This document shows, one piece after another, positions 40,516 through 49,333 of a stretch of 64,000 nt of DNA (positions are counted from its first letter, which is position 1; each line of letters begins with the position of its first letter). This stretch comes from Gemmatimonadota bacterium (GTDB taxonomy: Bacteria; Gemmatimonadota; Gemmatimonadetes; Gemmatimonadales; GWC2-71-9), in NCBI GenBank assembly GCA_036679645.1, contig JAZDCY010000056.1:64001-128000 (forward strand). Direction: 5' to 3'. A program made the translations under genes and the position numbers. The notes under the pieces were generated by a model that was not told the origin of the DNA, did no database searches, and saw only the letters and a program-made list of their open reading frames with translations.

Positions 40516-41366
40516 GACGCCGCATCACGTTGCTGGCCAGCCTGGCCGTGCTTGCGACGGCTGGCTTGGCAAGCGCGCAGTCCTACCGCACGGTCGTGGA
40601 GTCACGACAGATGAGTGGTGAGCGAGACCTGAGTGTGAGCATCGGGTTCGCGGTTGGGCACATCCTGGTCGCACCCGCGCAGGGCCGCGAGCTTTACCGG
40701 CTCTCGATGGTCTACGACGAGGATTTCTTCCGACCCGATGTCCGGTACCGTGAGTCTCGCAACCGGCTCCGGGCCGAGCTCGAGTCGCTCGGTCGGCACG
40801 GTCGCCAGGACGCAGATCTGGACCAGCAGATCGACCTCGTCATCTCGCCATCGGTAGCGCTGGATCTGCATCTCAAGTTCGGCGCAGCGGAAGCGGATCT
40901 CGAGCTGGGCGGTCTGTCGCTCACGGAGGGACATATCGAGACCGGTGCGAGCGAAACAACCGTTCGCTTCTCCGCACCCAACCGCGCCGTCTGCGAGTCA
41001 CTGCGATTTGAGGTCGGTGCCGCAGAGTTTGAAGCGCTGAATCTCGCAAACGCCCGCTGTCGCCTTATCAAGCTCTCCGCAGGCCTGGCTGAGATACTGC
41101 TCGACTTCACCGGTGAGTGGAGTGACGCGATCGAGACCAAGGTGGACATCGAGATGGGGTTGGGTGAGGTCCGACTGCGCTTCCCCGAAGACCTCGGCGT
41201 CCGGATCCGGGTCGATCGGTTTCTCGTCAGCGTCGATCGCAACGGCTTCGACAAGCGCGGCTCGACCTACACGTCGCGCAACTGGGACGACGTGACTACA
41301 CACATCGAGATCGATATCGAGGCCGCACTCGGTAGCGTCGAAGTGGAGTGGGTGCCCAACCGGTAG
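40512..41366 (+). CDS. Secreted beta-solenoid-like cell-envelope stress protein (LiaF/'toast rack'-like)
   Basis: GTG start overlaps the upstream stop; signal peptide RRRITLLASLAVLATAGLASAQ; repeated L.L..GA motifs. The ORF track fuses it to 39186 only because of the frameshift. Confidence 0.72.
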   Translation: MRRRITLLASLAVLATAGLASAQSYRTVVESRQMSGERDLSVSIGFAVGHILVAPAQGRELYRLSMVYDEDFFRPDVRYRESRNRLRAELESLGRHGRQDADLDQQIDLVISPSVALDLHLKFGAAEADLELGGLSLTEGHIETGASETTVRFSAPNRAVCESLRFEVGAAEFEALNLANARCRLIKLSAGLAEILLDFTGEWSDAIETKVDIEMGLGEVRLRFPEDLGVRIRVDRFLVSVDRNGFDKRGSTYTSRNWDDVTTHIEIDIEAALGSVEVEWVPNR

Positions 41367-41391
41367 GCACACCGCAGATCTGTGGACGAGT

Positions 41392-41425
41392 GAAGGCGCT
41401 CCGCGATCACCGCGGGGCGCTTCTT
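41392..41425 (+). terminator. Putative intrinsic terminator of the ECF operon
   Basis: Imperfect GC-rich hairpin GAAGGCGCTCCGCG-atcac-CGCGGGGCGCTTC followed by TT. Confidence 0.55.
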
Positions 41426-41452
41426 GCATCACCCTAGTATCTTCTTCCTCCC

Positions 41453-42436
41453 ATGTCGGTCACGATTCGACGCGCGGGCCCCGCCGATGCGGCAGCCCTG
41501 ACGGCGATCGCCCTTGCGGCGAAATCACACTGGGGATACCCCGACGCCTGGCTCGCAGAGTGGCGACCGCAACTCACGCTCGCTCCCGACTACGTAACCC
41601 GTAATCCGGTGTTCGTCCTCGAAGAGTCACGGGAACCGGTCGGATTCTGCGCCCTCGCGCGTGAACCGGAACATTGGCTACTCGATCACCTGTGGGTGTC
41701 TCCCGCCGCGCACGGTCGTGGGTACGGACGCGCGCTGTTTCGACATGCCGTTTCGTACGCCGCCGCTGAAGCACCTGCGCTCGCGGTCCGCATCGAGTCC
41801 GATCCAAACGCCGAAGCGTTCTACGCCCACATGGGCGCACGGCGCACTAGCACCCACCCAGGGCCAGTGTGCGGACTGCCGCGCGAACTCCCCGTCCTCA
41901 TCTATGAGACCCAAATGATCATTTCACGACCCGCTCCCGACGAGTACGCCCCCTACTACGGCGGCTACATCGACCAGGTACCGGACGGTGACGTCTTGGA
42001 CCTGTTGCAACACCAGATCGGGCAGACGACCGACCTCATCTCGGGCGTAGCACCTGAGCGCGGCACATATCGTTATGCGCCGGAGAAATGGTGCCTCAAC
42101 GACGTCCTCGGGCACCTTTGCGACACCGAGCGCGTTTTCACCTATCGGGCACTCCGCTTCAGCCGCGGCGATGCACAGGCACTGCCCGGCATGGAGCAAG
42201 ACGACTACGTGACCGGAGCGAACTTCGCGGACCGCTCGACGGCGGACCTGCTGGAAGAACTCCAAACGGTTCGTGCCGCGACCATCACACTTTTGCGTTC
42301 GCTGACGCCCGAGATGCTCGCGCGGCGGGGCACGGCAAGCGATTGCCAGTTCACGGCCCGCGCCATTGCCTATGTCATTGCGGGACACGAGCGACATCAT
42401 GTGCAGGTGCTCCGCGAACGCTACCTCGAACGCTGA
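41453..42436 (+). CDS. GNAT acetyltransferase fused in frame to a DinB/YfiT-like domain
   Basis: GNAT: KSHWGY, LWVSP..HGRGYGRAL, SDPNAEAFY. DinB: RP..DEYAPYY..YI, YAPEKW, GHL.DTER, AGHERHH. Confidence 0.82.
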   Translation: MSVTIRRAGPADAAALTAIALAAKSHWGYPDAWLAEWRPQLTLAPDYVTRNPVFVLEESREPVGFCALAREPEHWLLDHLWVSPAAHGRGYGRALFRHAVSYAAAEAPALAVRIESDPNAEAFYAHMGARRTSTHPGPVCGLPRELPVLIYETQMIISRPAPDEYAPYYGGYIDQVPDGDVLDLLQHQIGQTTDLISGVAPERGTYRYAPEKWCLNDVLGHLCDTERVFTYRALRFSRGDAQALPGMEQDDYVTGANFADRSTADLLEELQTVRAATITLLRSLTPEMLARRGTASDCQFTARAIAYVIAGHERHHVQVLRERYLER

Positions 42437-42461
42437 ACGCCGAACCAAGGGAAGCCAACCC

Positions 42462-43643
42462 ATGGCGCAACTCCATCCGGGATCAAAGGATCGGCGTGCT
42501 CATGTCCGGCGTTGGGGCTGGACGCTCGCTGCGGGAGCGTTCGCCTGCGGGCCTTCGCTGGTTCCGACAGTGCCGGCCCCGGTGGTTCTTGCTGGAGCAA
42601 TCGAGCACTCGGTCTTCTTCATCGGCGATGCCGGCGCTCCGGCCGTGCCCACCGATCCGGTCCTGATCGCCCTCCGCGCCGCGGCATCCGAGCACCCGGA
42701 GCGGAACAGCATCGTATTTCTCGGAGACAACGTGTACCCCATGGGGATGCCGGTGCGGGACGATCCGTCCCGGCAGGAATCGGAGCGGCGGCTCCAGGCA
42801 CAGATCGATGCCGTGCCGCAGGGCGCCCGGGGCATCTTCGTCATGGGGAACCACGACTGGATTCGCGGCCGCGAGGGCGGGTTGGCAGCCGTTCGGCGCC
42901 AACTGGCCTACATCGCCGATGCCGGCCGACCACTCGTCGTTGCGGCACCGACCGGTGGCTGCCCCGGGCCCGCGGTGATCGACGTCAGCGCGCGACTGCG
43001 CCTGGTGATGCTCGGCACCCAATGGTGGCTCCACGGGAGCGAGCGGCCCTCCGACCCGGCCTCCGCGTGCATCGCCGACTCGGAAGCGGAGGTCACCGAC
43101 TCGCTCCGCACCGTCGTGCAAGCAGGTCCCGATCGCATCGTCTTGGTCGCCGGACACCACCCTTTGCGCTCAGGCGGGGTGCACGGCGGCAAGTTCGACT
43201 GGAAGGACCACATCTTCCCGCTGCGAGTCTGGAAGTCGTGGCTCTGGTTACCGCTTCCGATTATCGGGTCGCTGTATCCGCTGGTGCGGGGATCTGGCTT
43301 CTCGGCGCAGGACCTGGGCTCGGGACGCTACCAGACGATGCGGGACTCGATCGTCGCCGCCTTTGGCAGCCATCCGCCGCTTGCGTATGCAGCGGGGCAC
43401 GAGCACAATCTGCAGGTTCTGGACGGCATGGGAGCTCGCTATCTCCTCGTATCGGGAGCCGGCATCTACGATCACCTCAGCCAGGCATTCCGACTCGAGG
43501 GTTCACTGTACGCGCGGGCCGCGAGCGGTTTCATCCGCATCGATCTCCTCCGAGATGGACGCGTTCGCCTCGCGGTGCTCTTGGCGGATGGAGACGGCCG
43601 GTTGACCGAGGATTTCTCGATGTGGCTGGAGGAGAACCGATGA
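42462..43643 (+). CDS. Exported (lipoprotein-like) calcineurin-like metallophosphoesterase
   Basis: Lipobox-like AFAC; GDAG, GDNVY, GNHDW, GHHP, GHEH motifs. Confidence 0.87.
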   Translation: MAQLHPGSKDRRAHVRRWGWTLAAGAFACGPSLVPTVPAPVVLAGAIEHSVFFIGDAGAPAVPTDPVLIALRAAASEHPERNSIVFLGDNVYPMGMPVRDDPSRQESERRLQAQIDAVPQGARGIFVMGNHDWIRGREGGLAAVRRQLAYIADAGRPLVVAAPTGGCPGPAVIDVSARLRLVMLGTQWWLHGSERPSDPASACIADSEAEVTDSLRTVVQAGPDRIVLVAGHHPLRSGGVHGGKFDWKDHIFPLRVWKSWLWLPLPIIGSLYPLVRGSGFSAQDLGSGRYQTMRDSIVAAFGSHPPLAYAAGHEHNLQVLDGMGARYLLVSGAGIYDHLSQAFRLEGSLYARAASGFIRIDLLRDGRVRLAVLLADGDGRLTEDFSMWLEENR

Positions 43644-46192
43644 GACGCAAGGTACCCGGCACGGCGCTCCTGTTGGCAGCCGTCTCAGTCGCGGGTCCCT
43701 CATCGACGCATGCACAACAGCGCGATAGCGTCCGGATCGCGGCCGGCTCCCAATACGATGCAGGTGGGTTCCACCGCCTCCTGTTCGGCGGTGATTATCG
43801 CGACCTGTGGCGTACCCCGATCTCTGTGCTCATGCTCGACCTGGATACGGCGAGCGGCGGCCTCACACCGACGACCGCAGGTGGAGGATTCCAGACGAAG
43901 TCCCTGCGCTTCCGCGACGCGAACGGGTTCCTCTATGGATTTCGGTCGGTGGACAAGGACCCCGCCGTCCTGCCGGACGAGTTGGCCGGAACCTTCGTCG
44001 AGGACCTCGTACGGGACCAGACAAGCTCGGCCCATCCTGCCGGCTCCGGAATCGTTCCACCGTTATTGGAGGCGGTGGGCATTCTCCACACGGAGCCCCG
44101 GCTCGTCGTCCTCCCCGACGACCCCAGGCTCGGTGTGTTCCGGGAACGCTTTGCCGGGACGTTGGGCTATTTCGAGCTGCGTGGAATTGTGGAACCCGGC
44201 GCGCAACGGTTCGCCAACGCGCTAGAGATTCTCGACAGCGACGACGTATACCCAATGGTGCGGCAGAGCCCGGCACATCGTATTGACACCCGCCAGTTTC
44301 TCACAGCACGGCTCATCGATCTCTTGATCGGCGATTGGGATCGTCACCGGGGCCAGTGGGGCTGGGCGCGCTTCGATGACGCAACCGTCACCTATTGGAC
44401 TCCCATACCCGAGGACCGCGATCAGGCCTTTGCGCGCTTCGACGGCCTGTTCCTGTCGCTGGGACGGGCAGCGGCCCCGCAGCTCGTGAACTTCGGCGAT
44501 GACTATCCCAACATGGTGGGCCTCACGTGGAACGGGCGGGAGAGCGACCGGTGGTTTCTCGTCCAGCTGGAAAAATCCGTGTGGGATTCGGTGGCTGCCG
44601 CGGTGCAGGCGCGAATCACGGACGCGGTCATCGACGCCGCGGTCGCGGGCATGCCCGTCGAGTATCAGGCAATCGACGGCGACCGCATGCGCCGGGCGTT
44701 GCGCGCGCGCCGCGACAAACTGCTCGAGGCAACCGACCGGTTCTACCGCGTGATCGTGGGAGAGGTTGACCTCCACGCAACGGAGGCGGCGGAGTTCGTA
44801 ACGATCGACCGACATGCCGACGGCAATGTGACCGTCGAGATCACCGAGCGTCGTCCCGGCGCAACTCCCTGGCTCCGCCGCACGTTCGACGCGAGCGAGA
44901 CCAGCGAAATACGGCTCTATCTCTATGGCGGCAACGATCGCGTCGTCGTGCGCGGGGACGGGCGAGGCATTGGCTTGCGGATCATCGGAGGTGGGAGCGA
45001 CGAGGTGGTGGATTCCTCGCGTGCCGGCGGCGTCAGGTTCTATGCGACGGGGGTCGATCGCACGAGTGGGCCCACCGGGGTGCAGGTGGACCGCCGCGTG
45101 TACACGCCACCAGCCAAACGGTTCGAGAGGGAACTGCCGCCACGCGATTGGGGCCACCGCTGGATGCCGGTGCTCTGGGCCGGTGGCGGGCCCGACATCG
45201 GTGCATTCGCGGGATTCGGCGCGTTTGTAACTCGGTGGGGATTCCGCAAGCTGCCGTACACATATCGGATTCGCGTACGCGGTGGCTACGCCACGGCAGC
45301 AAGGGCATTCCGGACCGACCTGCTCGCGACGTTCTATCGCATGAATTCCCGGATCCACGGTGACGTGTACGTCCGTGCGTCCGGAATCGAGGTGCTACGC
45401 TTCCACGGTCTAGGAAACGAGACGCAGCTCGACCGCCCGGATGATTTTTACCGTGTCACCCAGGACCAATACACTATCCAGCCGACGGTCACCGTTCCGC
45501 TGGGAACCCCCGCGACAATCACGTTCGGGCCTCTCGCGACCATCAGCGATACCGAGGCGCAACCGAACCGGATCATCGATTCACTCCAATCACTCCAACC
45601 GTTATACGGGGCCGGACACTTCAGTCAGGTCGGATGGCAGACTAGCGTGAGGTTCGATACCCGGGACGTCGCGGCCGCGGCTTCGCGGGGGGTAGCCATC
45701 GACGTTGGCGGCTCGGTCTACCCCGAGCTGCTCGACGTGGTAACGACCTTTGGTGAGGCCCACGCCACGGCATCGACATATCTCTCCGTCGGTGGCCCGG
45801 GCGCGCCCGCAGCAACGCTTGCCCTCCGCGCCGGTGGAAAGAAAGTCTGGGGAACTTTCCCCTTCCACGAGGCCGCTTTCATAGGAGATGACGCGACGGT
45901 GCGCCTGGGCCGCCAAAATCGTTTCGGCGGTGACGCCGCCGCGTGGGGCAACGCGGAACTCCGGCTGCGGGTGGCAAAGATCTCCTTTCCCTTGCCGGGC
46001 CATTTCGGCCTGCTAGGCCTCGCGGACGCCGGACGCGTGTTCCTCGAGGGCGAATCGTCGGACGACTGGCATACGGCGTTCGGAGGCGGCATCTGGTTTT
46101 CCTTCCTCCAACCGTCGAATACCATAAGCGCGGCGGTTGCGCACAATAGTGAAGACGTGCGGTTGTATGTACGGGCCGGGTTTGCTTACTGA
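43640..46192 (+). CDS. Omp85/BamA-TamA-type outer-membrane barrel with N-terminal atypical kinase-like domain
   Basis: Signal peptide; GGGFQTKSL, FRSVDK, LIGDWDRHRGQW, PIPEDRDQAF; amphipathic beta-strands and terminal beta-signal YVRAGFAY. ATG overlaps the upstream stop and has RBS GGAGGAG. Confidence 0.75.
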   Translation: MRRKVPGTALLLAAVSVAGPSSTHAQQRDSVRIAAGSQYDAGGFHRLLFGGDYRDLWRTPISVLMLDLDTASGGLTPTTAGGGFQTKSLRFRDANGFLYGFRSVDKDPAVLPDELAGTFVEDLVRDQTSSAHPAGSGIVPPLLEAVGILHTEPRLVVLPDDPRLGVFRERFAGTLGYFELRGIVEPGAQRFANALEILDSDDVYPMVRQSPAHRIDTRQFLTARLIDLLIGDWDRHRGQWGWARFDDATVTYWTPIPEDRDQAFARFDGLFLSLGRAAAPQLVNFGDDYPNMVGLTWNGRESDRWFLVQLEKSVWDSVAAAVQARITDAVIDAAVAGMPVEYQAIDGDRMRRALRARRDKLLEATDRFYRVIVGEVDLHATEAAEFVTIDRHADGNVTVEITERRPGATPWLRRTFDASETSEIRLYLYGGNDRVVVRGDGRGIGLRIIGGGSDEVVDSSRAGGVRFYATGVDRTSGPTGVQVDRRVYTPPAKRFERELPPRDWGHRWMPVLWAGGGPDIGAFAGFGAFVTRWGFRKLPYTYRIRVRGGYATAARAFRTDLLATFYRMNSRIHGDVYVRASGIEVLRFHGLGNETQLDRPDDFYRVTQDQYTIQPTVTVPLGTPATITFGPLATISDTEAQPNRIIDSLQSLQPLYGAGHFSQVGWQTSVRFDTRDVAAAASRGVAIDVGGSVYPELLDVVTTFGEAHATASTYLSVGGPGAPAATLALRAGGKKVWGTFPFHEAAFIGDDATVRLGRQNRFGGDAAAWGNAELRLRVAKISFPLPGHFGLLGLADAGRVFLEGESSDDWHTAFGGGIWFSFLQPSNTISAAVAHNSEDVRLYVRAGFAY

Positions 46193-46264
46193 CACCCCGC
46201 CATCGCTGCTAGGAGGCCCGATGACGAGCCACATGGATTCGATCGAGACGCTGGGACCTAGGCC

Positions 46265-47897
46265 GTGGAGGTAGTGAGCGACCGGGTCCGACCACTCACC
46301 ACGACATCCACCAGCCAGCGCAGTTCCAGCGCGTGGACGTGGAGTCTGGCGTCGCTGCCACCGGATCTTCTCGAGCAATCGTGCAAGCGGATTGCCATCG
46401 TCGCGATGGTCTTTGCGGGGCTCTGGATGCTCCCTCTGGTTCTCAACCCGGTTGCGCTCCGATTCGCACCCGATGACCCGTTCGTGGCAGGCGCCGCGTG
46501 GCCCATGCCCGGCAGGTTAATCGCGGGACTCGGGCTCCTGCTGTCGCTGGGAATGGTCTTCGTGGCGGCCAAGCTGCACCCCGCACCCTCCGTGCTGTTG
46601 AACACTGGGCTCGGATTCGAGGTCGCAACGGCCCTGCTGATCGGGATTCTCAATCAGTGGCAGCCCGTCCTCGTTCCCGGCCGTGCCTCCTGGATATGCA
46701 TCATCATTCTGATCTATCCCGCGATCGTACCCAATACACCCACCAAGACGTTCATCGCCGCGTTTGCTGCCGCGTCGATGGACCCGCTCGGGTTCGGGAT
46801 TGCCATGGCGCGCGGCGCCGTCCCCGCGGGTGAATTCACCGCCTTCACCGCCCTGTGGTATTTCCTCCCGGCGTACCTGTGTGCGGCCCTTGCAGTAGTT
46901 CCGGTACACATCATCCGGAAGCTCGGGCGACAGGTCAGCAAGGCCCGGGAGCTGGGCAGCTACCGCCTCGGCGAATCGATTGGGACAGGCGGGATGGGAG
47001 ACGTCTACCGGGCGGAACATCGGCTGCTGGCACGACCAGCCGCGATCAAGCTGATTCGCCCCGCGCTCCTTTCCACAAGCCGCCGGGAGGCGACGGTGAT
47101 CCTCGAGCGATTCCGCCGCGAGGCCGAGGCGGCGGCGCTGTTGCGCTCCCCGCATACCATCGAACTCTACGATTTCGGCGTGGCCGAGGAAGGGACGTTC
47201 TACCTGGTAATGGAGCTACTCGATGGACTCAGTTTCGAGGTGCTAGTCGAGCGATTCGGCCCGGTTCCGCCAGAACGCGCGGTGTATCTCATGCTCCAGG
47301 CCTGTGCCTCCCTGGCCGAAGCACATTCCACTGGTCTGATGCATCGTGACATCAAGCCATCCAATATCTTTACCAACCGTCTCGGGCTCGAGGTCGATTT
47401 CGTCAAAGTGCTCGATTTTGGCCTGGTCAAGGCAGACCCCGGAAACGGGGTCGAGCAATCGGACCGGCACGCCGGCGTTCATGGCGCCGGAGGTCGCGCT
47501 CGGCGAGGAGACCGCCGACCACCGCCTCGACGTATACTCGCTTGGGGCGGTACTCTATTGGATGCTCACCGGTCAGCTTATCTTCGAGGCATCCAATCCG
47601 ATCAAGATGATGCACCGACACATTAGAGACCAGCCGACGCCACCGTCGCAACGTACGGAACTCGACATACCACCCGAGCTCGACGACCTCGTCATGGCGT
47701 GTCTCGCGAAAGACCCTGAAGCGCGACCCGCGAACGCCGCGGCACTCGCCCATGCACTCGCCGAGATCGAGTTCCAAGAGCCGTGGACCACTGAGCGGGC
47801 GGAGCGTTGGTGGGATATGCACGTTCCAGACTGCATGACCGCCGGCGGCCCGTGCGACCAGGGAACGCTGGTACCTGCGTTGTCAGTCGCCGGGTAG
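46265..47897 (+). CDS. Membrane-anchored Hanks Ser/Thr kinase (N-terminal multi-TM), frameshifted in the activation loop at ~47461
   Basis: GTGGMGDVY, AAIK, HRDIKPSN, DFGLVK in ORF 46265; GTPAFMAPE, DVYSLG, CLAKDPEARP in ORF 47346. Confidence 0.85.
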
Positions 47898-47908
47898 TCT
47901 CCACGCAC

Positions 47909-49333
47909 ATGCGCCGCGCCCTCCGAACCACCGTCGGCCTTACGGCGCTCCTTCTCGCGGGTCGTATTCCGATCATCGCGGCACAAGAGGCCGACACGGC
48001 CCGGCTTCGGAACATTCTCGATCTCAGTACGTCCCTGGAGACGCTCTCCACTCGGATAGCCCCGGCCGTCGTGCAGATCTTCACGACCGCCCTGGGACCC
48101 GTCGCGCCGGGATCCGGCGCCCAGCGAGTGGGTCTCCAACGGCGAGGTGGTTCCGGTTTCGTCCTGACATCGGACGGGTATATCCTGACGAACGCCCATG
48201 TGGTAGCGGGAGCACGCTCAGTACAGGTCCTGCTCGCACAGGCTGCCGCGCCCGATGCGCCCGGTCGGTCCGTCATACGGCCGGGGGGAAAGCGAGTGAC
48301 CGGTACGGTTGTGGGGGCCGATTCAGAAACGGACTTGGCGCTCATCAAGATAGATGAGACCAATCTGCCGTTTCTCCAGTTTGGCGATTCGGACGAACTG
48401 GGCCCCGGGAACCTCGTACTCGCCTTCGGAAGCCCCCTTGGTTTGGAGACCTCGATCAGTCTAGGCATCGTGAGCGCCGTGGGGCGGCAGCTGCGGCCGG
48501 AAAGCCCTATGGTCTATATCCAGACAGATGCACCAATCAATCCTGGAAACAGCGGCGGTCCCCTCGTGGACACACGGGGACGTGTCATTGGCATCAACAC
48601 GCTGATCCTCTCGCAGTCGGGCGGCAGCGAAGGCGTGGGCTTCGCGGTACCAAGCAACATCGCACGGAGCGTCTACGGGCAGCTCCGCAGTGCCGGGCAT
48701 GTACGCCGCGGTATCGTCGGAGCCAACGTGCAGACGATCGACGTGGTCATGGCGGACGCACTTCGCCTTACGCAGGATTGGGGCGCGATCGTGACCGATG
48801 TGTTTCCGCGTTCCCCCGCCCAACAGGCGGGGCTGCAGGTGGGTGACATCATCGTCTCCCTCGATGGAAAGCCCATGGAGAACGGGCGCCAGTTCGACGT
48901 CAACGTCTATCAACGCGCCGCGGGCGACATCATCCGTCTCGACGTGCGGCGCAACCTCCAGCGGCTCTCCCTGCAGGTGCGCGTGGTTGAGCGCGACCGC
49001 GACCCGAATCGCTTCGCGGATATGGCTCGCTCCGAAGAAAATCTGGTGCGTCGGCTCGGCATACTGGCCCTCGACGTGACGCCGGCCATTGCACGGCAGA
49101 TGCCCTGGCTGCGCATGCAGACCGGCGTCGTCGTGGCCGCGCTTGCCGCCGACGTTCCGCGCATCGAGACCGGTCTCCGGGCAGGTGATGTGATTCATGC
49201 CGCGAACGGCGCCGCGGTCACGTCGCTCGCGATGCTGGCGGCGTTCCTCAACCAGTTGGACGTGGGCGATGCGGTGGTGCTGCACGTCGGCCGGTTCGGA
49301 CGTCTTCGGTTCGTTGCATTCCGCATCGAGTAG
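47909..49333 (+). CDS. DegP/HtrA serine protease with two PDZ domains
   Basis: Signal peptide; GSGF, TNAHVV, DLAL, QTDAPINPGNSGGPL; two PDZ-like segments. Confidence 0.93.
   Translation: MRRALRTTVGLTALLLAGRIPIIAAQEADTARLRNILDLSTSLETLSTRIAPAVVQIFTTALGPVAPGSGAQRVGLQRRGGSGFVLTSDGYILTNAHVVAGARSVQVLLAQAAAPDAPGRSVIRPGGKRVTGTVVGADSETDLALIKIDETNLPFLQFGDSDELGPGNLVLAFGSPLGLETSISLGIVSAVGRQLRPESPMVYIQTDAPINPGNSGGPLVDTRGRVIGINTLILSQSGGSEGVGFAVPSNIARSVYGQLRSAGHVRRGIVGANVQTIDVVMADALRLTQDWGAIVTDVFPRSPAQQAGLQVGDIIVSLDGKPMENGRQFDVNVYQRAAGDIIRLDVRRNLQRLSLQVRVVERDRDPNRFADMARSEENLVRRLGILALDVTPAIARQMPWLRMQTGVVVAALAADVPRIETGLRAGDVIHAANGAAVTSLAMLAAFLNQLDVGDAVVLHVGRFGRLRFVAFRIE

Noticed and set aside
39186..41366. 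726-aa single protein in the ORF track
   Set aside because: The middle part is Arg-rich and not protein-like while another frame encodes TM helices; it is two genes plus a frameshift.
42512..43639. N-terminal ~376 aa of the 1226-aa ORF
   Set aside because: Shadow frame over the metallophosphoesterase. The real start is ATG 43640, which has an RBS and a signal peptide.
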